Shown: positions 7,362-16,533 of the stretch, piece after piece
Numbering within the stretch: the stretch's first letter is position 1
Layout of the letters: every line of letters begins with the position of its first letter
DNA from: a virus
Taxonomy: Duplodnaviria > Caudoviricetes
IMG/VR virus record: IMGVR_UViG_3300037422_000050
Coordinates: 1 to 42,524 of that record
Direction: 5' to 3' (one strand)
Length of the DNA: 42,524 nucleotides
Notes under the pieces: model-generated
Told to the model about the DNA's origin: nothing
Seen by the model: only the letters and a program-made list of their open reading frames with translations
Database searches by the model: none
Translations under genes and position numbers: made by a program

Positions 7362-8187
7362 TCCGAGTAATGTAAATGCAGGAACACAAGTTCCAGGAGA
7401 AGGTAGTGCCAGCACGATGGTGCCTCCGTCAGATACGGAGCAGCGTGCTAGAGAGATGGGATGGGTTAGTTTAGATGAATGGACTAATCAAGGCCATCAT
7501 CCCGACGATCACCGATCCGCAAAAGAGTTTGTTGAGAGGGATTCGTTCTTTAAAAAGATTTCTGCTCAAAAACGACAGTTAGCTCTGCAAGATGCTAAAA
7601 TTGCGGAATTGGGTAAATTCCAGCAAACTTTATTTGAACATGCTAAAGAAGAGGCTCTTCGAGAGTTAAAAGCTCAACACCGTCAAGCGGTGGAAAATGG
7701 GGATCTGCAAGCAGCGGACGTTATTGTTGATAGGATTCAACAGACTTCTAAAGCTCAACCTCCTCGAAGCAATCTCCCTACTACTCAACCTGCGGTTCAG
7801 GAAGCAGTTGATTCCTGGAAGTCTGAAAATCCGTGGTATGAGTCTAATAGAGCGATGCGAGCCTTTGCTGATGTCGAAGGGGCTAAATTTATTACAGCCT
7901 ATCGACAAAACAATCAAGGAGCTATTCCCGCTCCCGAAGAAGTTCTTCAGCATGTAACTAAGGAAGTCAAAGGTGAGTTTAAAGACCACTTTGCACCTAA
8001 AACTCCAAAGGGTCCTCCGTCTCCGGAGGGAGGTGGAAACACTCCCAGCCGAACTCCTAAAGGAAAGTTTTCGGAGGCAGATCTTAATCCCGATGAACGT
8101 CGGGTCATGGAGTCCTTAGTTCGTAGGGGTCAGATGACCAAGGAACAGTACATTAAGAGTCTTGCAGAACTTAATTCAAGGAGTTAG
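7354..8187 (+). CDS. Capsid scaffolding protein
   Basis: AREMGW motif, coiled coil, W..ENPWY, C-terminal MTKEQY; position before the capsid genes. Confidence 0.75.
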   Translation: MSDPSNVNAGTQVPGEGSASTMVPPSDTEQRAREMGWVSLDEWTNQGHHPDDHRSAKEFVERDSFFKKISAQKRQLALQDAKIAELGKFQQTLFEHAKEEALRELKAQHRQAVENGDLQAADVIVDRIQQTSKAQPPRSNLPTTQPAVQEAVDSWKSENPWYESNRAMRAFADVEGAKFITAYRQNNQGAIPAPEEVLQHVTKEVKGEFKDHFAPKTPKGPPSPEGGGNTPSRTPKGKFSEADLNPDERRVMESLVRRGQMTKEQYIKSLAELNSRS

Positions 8188-8189
8188 AA

Positions 8190-8603
8190 ATGGCTAGAGA
8201 GACACGACAACAACAAATTGAAGAAAAACGACCCCGTCGTAGTTTAAATGACATCGGGGCTAATATTCTTACTGTAGACAATCAGGAGCCGGGGTATCAT
8301 TACTATTGGGCTAGTGATAGCCAAGATATCCCTGGGGGAATCAAGAGATTCCTAGACGCTGGCTATACTTTTGTAACCGATCCTACCAAAGTAGGTGATC
8401 CGACAGTTAATCAGTCGTCGGGGATTGGATCAGCCGTCTCAATTAATGGGGGCCGAGGTACACGTCTATACTTAATGCGAATCCCGCTGGAGTGGTACAA
8501 TGAGGACCAGCAGAAGATGGAGGATCAAATTAAGGAATTGGAAATGACCATGAGGCAACCCAAGGAAGGTGAGTACGGTAAAGTTAAGATGGAACGTAAG
8601 TAA
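8190..8603 (+). CDS. Head-module hypothetical protein
   Basis: PGYHYYW...GYTFV...LYLMRIP pattern; good SD; between scaffold and capsid genes. Confidence 0.65.
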   Translation: MARETRQQQIEEKRPRRSLNDIGANILTVDNQEPGYHYYWASDSQDIPGGIKRFLDAGYTFVTDPTKVGDPTVNQSSGIGSAVSINGGRGTRLYLMRIPLEWYNEDQQKMEDQIKELEMTMRQPKEGEYGKVKMERK

Positions 8604-8654
8604 CACTTGACTGTGCCTGCTCGCCGAATTAATTCCATTCAATAGGAGTTTAAT

Positions 8655-9242
8655 ATGGCTAATGTTTCGCGTCCTCGGGGAGCAGTCCCCGTTAAGATGA
8701 AAAACGGTTCGCCGTGGAATGGGATGGCTAATCTGTATTTCATCCCTTCTACTGACGGTACTGCCGTTTACGTCGGCGACTTTGTGAAACTGGCAGGCAG
8801 TGCCTCTACTGATGGCTATGCAACCGTGACTCGTGCTGCGGCTGCGGATGCCCTCGTCGGTGTTGTCATTGGTTTCCGAGTGAACCCTGGTGATCTGAAT
8901 CTTTCTGGTTCGTATCGTGCGGCTTCGACCGACCGGTATGCACTGGTGGTTGACGATCCCGATGTGGTCTTTGAAATTCAAGAAGATGCGGTTGGTGGTG
9001 CTCTGGCGGTAACTGATATCAGCCTTAATGCTGATTTCGTCGCTACCGCAGGCTCGTCTACGACTGGGCGTTCGGCTGAACAGCTGGATACCTCGACCAA
9101 GGCGACCACGGCAGCCTTACCGCTGAAAATTCTTGGTTTTGTGGACCGTGTTGATAACGAGATCGGTAGTTCCAATGCAAAAGTCCTGGTGCTGATTAAC
9201 AATCATCAGCGGGGCTCTAGCACTGGCACGGCCGGCGTTTAA
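8655..9242 (+). CDS. Capsid decoration/cement protein
   Basis: Ala/Gly/Thr-rich beta protein directly upstream of the MCP; AGGAG SD. Confidence 0.7.
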   Translation: MANVSRPRGAVPVKMKNGSPWNGMANLYFIPSTDGTAVYVGDFVKLAGSASTDGYATVTRAAAADALVGVVIGFRVNPGDLNLSGSYRAASTDRYALVVDDPDVVFEIQEDAVGGALAVTDISLNADFVATAGSSTTGRSAEQLDTSTKATTAALPLKILGFVDRVDNEIGSSNAKVLVLINNHQRGSSTGTAGV

Positions 9243-9254
9243 TAGGGGGATCTT

Positions 9255-10169
9255 ATGGCTACGCCTATTTCTACTGCAAGTTTTGCCAAAGCCCTCTGGC
9301 CCGGTGTTAATGCGTGGTATGGTAAAGCATATGACGAACATCAGGTAGAATATACCGATCTGTTCGAAAAGTATAGCTCGGATCGTAACTACGAAGAGGA
9401 TGTGGGTATCACCAGCTTCGGTCTCGCGGCCGTTAAGCCGGAAGGTGCTAGCATCATGTATGACACGGAAGGCCAAGGCTTCACGACCCGTTACACGCAC
9501 GTTGTTTACGGGATTGGCTTCATCGTGACTAAGGAAATGTTTGAAGACGACCTCTACAATGTCGTTGGTGAGAAACGCGCGAAGGCTCTGGCTTTCTCGA
9601 TGCGTCAAACCAAAGAGACGGTGGGGGCTAATGTCTACAATCGTGCCTTCAACTCGTCCTACCTCGGTGGTGATGGTATTCAGATGGTGAGCACTGCTCA
9701 CGTTAACGTTGCTGGTGGCACTTGGTCGAACCGCCTTGCGGTCGATGCGGCGCTGTCGGAAGCGGCTATTGAGCAGATGTGTATTGATATTATGGGCGCG
9801 ACCAATGATCGCGGCCTGCGTATTAATCTCCGTCCGAAGACCCTTCATGTTCCGACGGCGTTGTTCTATGAAGCGACTCGTATTCTGAAGACTGAATACC
9901 GTGTCGGTACGGCGAACAACGATATCAGTGCAATTGTGGCTACTTCGGCTGTTCCGATGGGCCTGAAGATGAATCATTACTTTACCAGCTCGACGGCTTG
10001 GTTCATCCGGACTAATGCTCCGGAAGGTCTCAAGTACTTTGAGCGGCGAGGTGATTCGTTCGATATGGATAATGATTTCGACACCGAGAACGCTAAGTTC
10101 AAGGCGACGGCCCGTTATTCGTTCGGTTGGACTGATCCCCGTGCTATTTGGGGCACTTCTGGCGCATAA
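9255..10169 (+). CDS. Major capsid protein (HK97 fold)
   Basis: 304 aa; ALWPGVNAWYG N-terminus, KPEG, YTHVVYGIGFIVT, C-terminal DFDTENAKFKATARYSFGWTDPR. Confidence 0.9.
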   Translation: MATPISTASFAKALWPGVNAWYGKAYDEHQVEYTDLFEKYSSDRNYEEDVGITSFGLAAVKPEGASIMYDTEGQGFTTRYTHVVYGIGFIVTKEMFEDDLYNVVGEKRAKALAFSMRQTKETVGANVYNRAFNSSYLGGDGIQMVSTAHVNVAGGTWSNRLAVDAALSEAAIEQMCIDIMGATNDRGLRINLRPKTLHVPTALFYEATRILKTEYRVGTANNDISAIVATSAVPMGLKMNHYFTSSTAWFIRTNAPEGLKYFERRGDSFDMDNDFDTENAKFKATARYSFGWTDPRAIWGTSGA

Positions 10170-10180
10170 GGAGATAAATT

Positions 10181-10630
10181 ATGGCTGCTCCTCTTATGAG
10201 GTTAAAGCATCGTTCGGATGGTGTTAAAGTCCTGAACGGAGTGAAGGATTTAACCGCTGCTAGTACGCTTACTGCGGACGACTGTGGTTATACGTTTTTC
10301 CTTAATTCCGCGACGGAATTTGCCACTACCCTCCCTGCGCCGGCGGCTGGTCTGGAGTTTAAATTCATCGTGAAAGCGGCCCCCTCGGGGGCCGACTATA
10401 CGGTGGTCACTGCGAGTTCCGCGAATATCATCGTGGGCCAAGTTCTGTCTTCGGACCTGAACAATGCCTCTGATGCTGATTTCGAGACCTCTGGTGGCGA
10501 TACCGTGTCGTTCGTCAGTGCTGCGGCAGTGAAGGGCGACTGGGCTCAATTTATCTCTGATGGCACCAACTGGTATGTGACTGCTGGTTGTTCGGCTCAA
10601 GGTGGTATTACCATTACGACTGCTTCTTAA
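10181..10630 (+). CDS. Minor capsid/surface beta-rich protein
   Basis: TTLPAPAAGLEFKFIV and FISDGTNWYV motifs typical of virion accessory proteins. Confidence 0.6.
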   Translation: MAAPLMRLKHRSDGVKVLNGVKDLTAASTLTADDCGYTFFLNSATEFATTLPAPAAGLEFKFIVKAAPSGADYTVVTASSANIIVGQVLSSDLNNASDADFETSGGDTVSFVSAAAVKGDWAQFISDGTNWYVTAGCSAQGGITITTAS

Positions 10631-10690
10631 TACAGGTTCGATGGGGTACCTGAGTCAAACCCCATCACTAATTTATAAGGATCTTGTTCT

Positions 10691-10930
10691 ATGTCTCAGT
10701 CTTCTGACCTAGAGCTAGGTAAAGTGATCGGCCTGCTTGAAGCCGTAAGAGATGAGGTTCATGCTGTCAAAGGGCAGCAAACGGCCCTTGATAAGCGTCT
10801 GGACGAGATCGAAGCCAAACTCAAAAGTGTTACCGTAGTGGCGCGTGTTGTACGATGGACAGGAGCAATTATTTTTGCTGTCTTAACCCTTAAATTTGGA
10901 GATATTCCGAGTCTCTGGAGGAATTTGTAA
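10691..10930 (+). CDS. Small coiled-coil protein with C-terminal transmembrane segment (XhlA/holin-like)
   Basis: Heptad region followed by hydrophobic WTGAIIFAVLTL. Confidence 0.5.
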   Translation: MSQSSDLELGKVIGLLEAVRDEVHAVKGQQTALDKRLDEIEAKLKSVTVVARVVRWTGAIIFAVLTLKFGDIPSLWRNL

Positions 10931-11325
10931 TGGCTAATACTACTACTAAAACCATCATGGTAGACGGCTCGCGAGTTCACGCGATGCACCTCTACTTGGC
11001 TTCGGATGGGGCAGCCGGTGAGCTGTCTGACTACGTTGCCGTTGATGTGTCGGCGCTGTCTCCTACGACCGATCATGTCAGGATTCGGCGAGTTTATGGT
11101 CTGATGAGTGGTTTCTCGTTAACACTTGAATTTGATGCCACTGCAGATCAAGCATTTATTACGTTCCCGGATGGTGTGTTTACTTATTTGGATGTGACGG
11201 CTTACGGTGGAATTGAAGATCCGGAAGCGACTGGAACTACTGGCGATATTGTTGCTACTACCAGTGGATTTACTGCTGCAACGGATGTGGGTTGGTTAGT
11301 TATAGAAGTAGAAAAAATTCCTTAG
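10930..11325 (+). CDS. Hypothetical virion protein
   Basis: TAATG coupling; beta-rich composition; structural context. Confidence 0.6.
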   Translation: MANTTTKTIMVDGSRVHAMHLYLASDGAAGELSDYVAVDVSALSPTTDHVRIRRVYGLMSGFSLTLEFDATADQAFITFPDGVFTYLDVTAYGGIEDPEATGTTGDIVATTSGFTAATDVGWLVIEVEKIP

Positions 11326-11329
11326 TAAG

Positions 11330-12055
11330 ATGAAAGTCTGGACTTCTGCTCAAGGACTATTGGCTGCAGCAATGAGTAAAAAAAGAGCAGCAAGTGCCCG
11401 TACAATCTATTTATCCAATTTCAATGGATCTGCTGGATCAATAGATGGGTTTGTTGATGACTCAGGTATTACATGGCATCGTCTTTCAGGTGGAACTACG
11501 GATATTGATACATCTGTTAAAAAATTTGGGGCGTCTTCTGCCCATATTGCACCACTAAATGCCATAATTTACTCTGATGTTGTTTCAATGAATAATGAAT
11601 CTATCTGGAATACTGCATGGACTTTAGATTTTTGGACTAATCTTACTTCGGGTGCCCAGGATGAATTTTATGTATATGACGGAACTAATACATACAGTTC
11701 AGTTACTATGGGTTTATCCGCAGATGGAGATATGTTTCAAGCAGCTGTAATAACAAATGATACGTTAAGTCAAGATTATTCGTCACTAGCTGCTATAACA
11801 GTCGATCCCGGAACATGGTATCATGTAGCTCTTACATTTGATGGTACTACATATAGCAGTTATGTTGATGGAACTAGAGTACATTCTGCAGCCGGTGCTG
11901 GAGATCCTCCAGCATTTTTAAATAGTGCAAATATTCGTTTCTATTTTTTAAATAATTCAGGTTCCGGGATTCATTATGACTCTCTTCGATTTAGTAATTA
12001 CGTTCGTTGGACAGGAGCTTCATTTACACCAGATGCCGTAGAGCCTACATTATGA
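11330..12055 (+). CDS. LamG/concanavalin A-like domain protein 1
   Basis: KFGASS, WTLDFW, TWYHVALTFDGTTYSSYVDG, YDSLRFSNYVRW. Confidence 0.8.
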   Translation: MKVWTSAQGLLAAAMSKKRAASARTIYLSNFNGSAGSIDGFVDDSGITWHRLSGGTTDIDTSVKKFGASSAHIAPLNAIIYSDVVSMNNESIWNTAWTLDFWTNLTSGAQDEFYVYDGTNTYSSVTMGLSADGDMFQAAVITNDTLSQDYSSLAAITVDPGTWYHVALTFDGTTYSSYVDGTRVHSAAGAGDPPAFLNSANIRFYFLNNSGSGIHYDSLRFSNYVRWTGASFTPDAVEPTL

Positions 12056-12741
12056 AAATTTGGACTCCTAACCAAGGATTAATAACTGCGGCTTTTAGTA
12101 GAAAAAAAGTTGGAGGTACTAGTCCAATATCTTTAGCACATTTTGATGGAACAGATGGGGCTACGACAACGACGGATGAAATTGCCGGTAGAACATGGAC
12201 ATTAGATTCTCCTGCACAATTAGATACAGCACAGAAACAATTTGGATCTGCTTCACTTTATTTAACTAATGCTGGAACTGCTAGAGGATGGTTAACCGGA
12301 CTTCCAGCTGATATAGAAGTTGGAGATTGGTCGGTTGAGTGGTTTTGGCGAAGGACTTCCAATGGTCCCACACAGGTTATGTATCTACAAAACAGTGGAT
12401 TGCAGATATGTTTAGATGTAACCTGGTATGGATCTTTTGGTGCGATTTGGTATGAATCAGGAGGTAGTCCAATTGATTCATATTTTGGAACTCACGGTGC
12501 AATTAACACTTGGTACCATTTTGCTTTTGCTAAAAAAGGTACCCAGTACGCGTTCTGGTTTGATGGTACACGTTATAAATCTTTTTCTAGTGCCACTAAT
12601 CTACGTCCTTTTGATCGAGGACAATTGTGGAATGACGGTGGCGGTGTAGGTGATGGATGGGTAGACGAATTTCGTCTATGTGGCTATGCCGCATATGATC
12701 CTGCTTCTTCAACTATTACTGTACCCACTGGACCCTTTTAA
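12052..12741 (+). CDS. LamG/concanavalin A-like domain protein 2
   Basis: ATGA overlap gives start MKIWTPNQG; HFDGTDG, QFGSASL, WSVEWF, TWYHFAF, WVDEFRL. Confidence 0.8.
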   Translation: MKIWTPNQGLITAAFSRKKVGGTSPISLAHFDGTDGATTTTDEIAGRTWTLDSPAQLDTAQKQFGSASLYLTNAGTARGWLTGLPADIEVGDWSVEWFWRRTSNGPTQVMYLQNSGLQICLDVTWYGSFGAIWYESGGSPIDSYFGTHGAINTWYHFAFAKKGTQYAFWFDGTRYKSFSSATNLRPFDRGQLWNDGGGVGDGWVDEFRLCGYAAYDPASSTITVPTGPF

Positions 12742-12759
12742 GGGAATCTAATTTATATA

Positions 12760-14448
12760 ATGGCAAACCTTGAGAAAATTAGATTTGGAGAACAAAGTCC
12801 TGCTATTGGAGGTCGTAATTTTATTATTTCTCAGCGAAGAACCGGCTTACTTGATGACAATGATACTTATTTAATTACTGGTTCTTCTAAGGATCAAAAA
12901 TGGGAATTGCGCCCGAGGCCCGCGCTTGATGGTCCTGTTTGGAATACTAGCGGAACTAACTCAGCTTCCGTTGACTATCAAATTCTTGGTGCCTATTACT
13001 GGCCTGCTACGGGACATTTCTACTGGGTTACTAGACCTGCTACCGACACATTGAGTACATCCGGTGCAGCTACTCTTCGCAGATCGACTTCTGTTACTGG
13101 TGCTATGAGTTCTCTTCAGGTCATGGGAAGCACTACTGAGGTTTATGCTCATTTTGAAGAGTATAGATACGGAACGGCTCATTATCTGTTGGTTTCAATC
13201 GGGACTCAGATGTGGTATATTGATACCTCTAACGTAGTAACTCAGATCACTGACGGTGACTTTCCAGTGCATGAACCTAAATTTGCAGTGTTAGATGGTT
13301 ATGTGTTTGTTGCAAAGAAAAATACTCAGGATATTTATAATTCCGCAGCAGGGGATGTAACTTCTTGGCAAGCGTCCACATTTATTCGAGCAGAAGCTGA
13401 TTCTTCTAATGTTATTGGATTGGCAGTCCTTTCTAATCATCTAGTTGCGGTTAAGCCTACTACTTGTGAGATCTTCAAGGATGCAGGTATTCCAAGTCCT
13501 AATTCTCCATTACTCCGGGTTCCAGAGTATTATAAAACTGTAGGAGCTTCCAGCTCTATCGCATTTTGCGTAGACGGAGACCGTCTTTACGTTTGGGGAA
13601 ATTCAAAAGGGTCTTTTCAAAACACCGGAATAGGGACATCTATAGGTAACTTGTGGCAGATGTCTCTTAGTGAGACATCTCCTGTAAATACTACAGAAAT
13701 TATTGATCCTGGCAATCTGGGCCAAGTCTTTTTGCAGACGTATACTCTTCCGGCTCAGAGAAAAGTGATTGCTCTTAAATTCTATGGGACAGCCTCTTGG
13801 ATCTACGCAGTCCCTCTCTGGGTTATTGATCCGGCAACTGGCCTCACAGTTCAATGGACTCACCAAGTAGCTAGTACTGAGGATCAACCAGACGATTCTG
13901 AATATTGGCTATTTGGTACATTTGTAAATGGCTATCTATTTCCGGTAATTGGAATGGATGGGTCGGGTTACCGTAAGGGTGTTACTTTACAACCTAGTAC
14001 TACTTTAACTGAAACTCTTTTAAATAGTGGTACTTATCGAAGAACTGGAATCACAATGCGATTGGAAGTTCCAGTCTATTCCAGTAGTCCGTCTACTTTT
14101 ACCACTTTAAGAAGCGTTAAGTTACTTTCACCTTCTATTCCTGTAAGTGGTAATGGAGGTAGTGTAACGAATGGAACAATTTCTGCTAGTGTAGAACTCC
14201 TCTATCCTGGTGGTAATGGAGATATGAAAACAGCAGTTTCAAGAACCTGGAATATTGTAAGTTACGACACTGGAACTTCCGTGAATACAACTCACCTAAC
14301 TTTATTCCAATTTGGAAGAATGAATCAGGGTCTTTTACGATTTATTATTCCTACGGCTACTCATACCAATGGATCAGTTGAATATCCTGCTTGGGACTTT
14401 TCCTTGTATGGAATTGATTTAGATTTAGTTCCCTCTAAGCATCAATGA
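12760..14448 (+). CDS. Tail nozzle/DNA stabilisation protein (P22 gp10 / tail tubular B-like)
   Basis: 562 aa beta-propeller-like; QITDGDFP, VLDGYVFV, IYNS..GD.TSW, AEADS motifs. Confidence 0.7.
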   Translation: MANLEKIRFGEQSPAIGGRNFIISQRRTGLLDDNDTYLITGSSKDQKWELRPRPALDGPVWNTSGTNSASVDYQILGAYYWPATGHFYWVTRPATDTLSTSGAATLRRSTSVTGAMSSLQVMGSTTEVYAHFEEYRYGTAHYLLVSIGTQMWYIDTSNVVTQITDGDFPVHEPKFAVLDGYVFVAKKNTQDIYNSAAGDVTSWQASTFIRAEADSSNVIGLAVLSNHLVAVKPTTCEIFKDAGIPSPNSPLLRVPEYYKTVGASSSIAFCVDGDRLYVWGNSKGSFQNTGIGTSIGNLWQMSLSETSPVNTTEIIDPGNLGQVFLQTYTLPAQRKVIALKFYGTASWIYAVPLWVIDPATGLTVQWTHQVASTEDQPDDSEYWLFGTFVNGYLFPVIGMDGSGYRKGVTLQPSTTLTETLLNSGTYRRTGITMRLEVPVYSSSPSTFTTLRSVKLLSPSIPVSGNGGSVTNGTISASVELLYPGGNGDMKTAVSRTWNIVSYDTGTSVNTTHLTLFQFGRMNQGLLRFIIPTATHTNGSVEYPAWDFSLYGIDLDLVPSKHQ

Positions 14449-14831
14449 TTGTATTAAATAGTACTTTTAGATCCATTAAAGTTGTATTAGGGGGTGCAGT
14501 TACTACAAATCAATTGGATTGCACATCTCAGTATATTGACAGTCGTTTCTTCGAAGCAGAGCCTTCGTTAGGAGCTACGGTAGTAACTACGAATAACACT
14601 ACTTCAGTTACGGTAGTCCCAGCTCCAACCTCAGGGGTTAATCGTGAGATTTTTACTTTAACTGTGTATAACAAAGATACTGCCTCTGCTACAGTGACTC
14701 TAACTTATACAGAGGATGGTACTGACTACATCATTGCGAAAGCTACTCTCTCAGCAGGAGACACACTAGCTTATACAGACAGGCACGGCTGGACGGTACA
14801 CAATTCTAATGGAGACAGGAAGACAGCGTGA
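14445..14831 (+). CDS. Tail adaptor-domain paralogue 1 (domain only)
   Basis: LGGAVTTNQL...TNNTT...APTSG...VYNKDTASATVT...TLSAGDTLAY...GW, shared with the next three genes. Confidence 0.7.
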   Translation: MIVLNSTFRSIKVVLGGAVTTNQLDCTSQYIDSRFFEAEPSLGATVVTTNNTTSVTVVPAPTSGVNREIFTLTVYNKDTASATVTLTYTEDGTDYIIAKATLSAGDTLAYTDRHGWTVHNSNGDRKTA

Positions 14832-15871
14832 GTAGATTTGCATTGACTACTAATGTTAGAAAACTGCAAATTGAAGTATCAGAAGCCAGCACGACGAATC
14901 CTGTAGCAGTAACTGTTAGTTACATTCAGTGGCGTACCACTGAACTTCCTGTTTATGGAAACGAGAACACCACTATTAGTACCACGTCTGTTACAGATAT
15001 TTCTTCGGTGGCCCCTTCGTCGATTCCTAAGTTAGTGACCATGATCAATGTCTATAATCAAGATACTATTGATCACACTATTGCTTTATATTACTACGAT
15101 AATGGGACCAGATATATCATTTGGAAGGGTATCATTAAGTCTGGTAGTACTCTGACTCAATCTGGTACTGGTGGTGGGATGGTAGTGTCGTCAGACGGAT
15201 CTGCTCAGTGGTCTACTGGATCTACGGGTTCGATTCATTATACGGCTATTCTTTTGAATCACTTTGATGGCGTAGATGGAAGTACGACCTTTACTGATGA
15301 GGTACCTGGAGTTAGTTGGTTTCTTGGAGGCAGTACCCAGATTGATACTGCTCAATCTAAATTTGGGGTTTCGTCAGCATTACTCCCAGGGACTGATTTT
15401 GCATATGCCAATGGTTTTACTATTCCAAAAGCCTCGGATTTCACAGCAGAACTTTTTATTAGAGCTGAAAGCGGGGCGAAACCTAGGATTTGGCTCACAA
15501 ATGTTTTTGATGATACTAGAGTTAAAGTCACTAGAGTTAGTGCCACTGAGATTCAGTGGGACCTGATTACAGACGTAATTGGAGATGGATTTATCAATCG
15601 TTCAGTTACGGTAACTTGGGCCAATGACACATGGTATCACTTAGCCGTGACTCATGATTCAACTCTAAATGAATTTAATTTATATTTTAATGGTACTAGG
15701 ATTGATCAGTGGCTAAGTAGTGCAGACCTAGAAGGCAATGTAACTAAGTTTCATCTAATTTCAGATCCTACAGCTACTAACAATAATTGGAGAGACGAGG
15801 CTAGAATTGTTTTAGCAGTTGTTTATACAGGAACTTCATATACCGTGCCTACGGCACCTTTTGACCCATGA
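14828..15871 (+). CDS. Tail adaptor-domain paralogue 2 fused to a LamG domain
   Basis: GTG start; N-terminal VYNQDT domain; C-terminal HFDGVDGSTTF...KFGVSS...TWYHLAV...DEARI. Confidence 0.75.
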   Translation: MSRFALTTNVRKLQIEVSEASTTNPVAVTVSYIQWRTTELPVYGNENTTISTTSVTDISSVAPSSIPKLVTMINVYNQDTIDHTIALYYYDNGTRYIIWKGIIKSGSTLTQSGTGGGMVVSSDGSAQWSTGSTGSIHYTAILLNHFDGVDGSTTFTDEVPGVSWFLGGSTQIDTAQSKFGVSSALLPGTDFAYANGFTIPKASDFTAELFIRAESGAKPRIWLTNVFDDTRVKVTRVSATEIQWDLITDVIGDGFINRSVTVTWANDTWYHLAVTHDSTLNEFNLYFNGTRIDQWLSSADLEGNVTKFHLISDPTATNNNWRDEARIVLAVVYTGTSYTVPTAPFDP

Positions 15872-16533
15872 TTGTAACCGGCGGAACTTCTCGAAAACTT
15901 CAAGCCCTTCTTGGGGGAGCGATTACTACCAATCAGCTCCCTATTACCGTGCATTCCCGAATTGTCAGAGAAAGCGATCAAAATAGTTCTCTGACGGCAG
16001 AAGTCACTAATACTAACAGTACAACTGTTGTAGATGTTTCCATCGCCCCTGGTAATGGAATGTTAAAGACAGTTGAAAGTATATCAGTGGTTAATAGAGA
16101 CACTGCTGCTGCCACAATTACTATAAGATATAATAATGACGGCACAACTTACAATTTAGTTGTAATTACTTTGAGTGTTGGAGATTGCCTGTACTATGAA
16201 CAGACAACTGGATGGTCAGTTTTAGATTCTACCGGAGCCTTAAAGACCCAGGTTGTTGAAAATGCCCAGGATGCTGTTGGTAATATTTTAACTGACACCG
16301 ACACCATTAATTTCACGTATACCGATGGTACTCCTTCTATTACGGCAGATGCTAGGCTTCAGATGTCTTTAACTTCGGATTCCAATGGAATCAAATTAAG
16401 TGGGGACGCATCGTCTCCTGGAAATACTAAACTTTATGGAACAGATGGTTCTGGAACTAAGGGATGGTATGATCAACCCAGGGGAATGCTTGGTTCTGGA
16501 GATTCTATGGCTTTTGCGGCTAGGCATGGATAA
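15868..16533 (+). CDS. Tail adaptor-domain paralogue 3 with short fibre modules
   Basis: N-terminal VNRDT domain; ENAQDAVG and GDASSPGNTKLYGTDGSGTKGW fibre-type segments. Confidence 0.7.
   Translation: MIVTGGTSRKLQALLGGAITTNQLPITVHSRIVRESDQNSSLTAEVTNTNSTTVVDVSIAPGNGMLKTVESISVVNRDTAAATITIRYNNDGTTYNLVVITLSVGDCLYYEQTTGWSVLDSTGALKTQVVENAQDAVGNILTDTDTINFTYTDGTPSITADARLQMSLTSDSNGIKLSGDASSPGNTKLYGTDGSGTKGWYDQPRGMLGSGDSMAFAARHG

Noticed and set aside
9117-9977. 286-aa antisense ORF over the major capsid gene, and similar antisense ORFs elsewhere
   Set aside because: Shadow frames produced by codon bias in highly expressed genes; no motifs.
10640-10666. Hairpin GATGGGGT...ACCCCATC after the capsid genes
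   Set aside because: No U tract follows, so it is not supportable as an intrinsic terminator. It may be an RNA stability element.
11330-15871. Multiple lectin-like paralogues suggesting a diversity-generating retroelement
   Set aside because: No reverse transcriptase and no near-identical template/variable repeat pair differing at adenines was seen.
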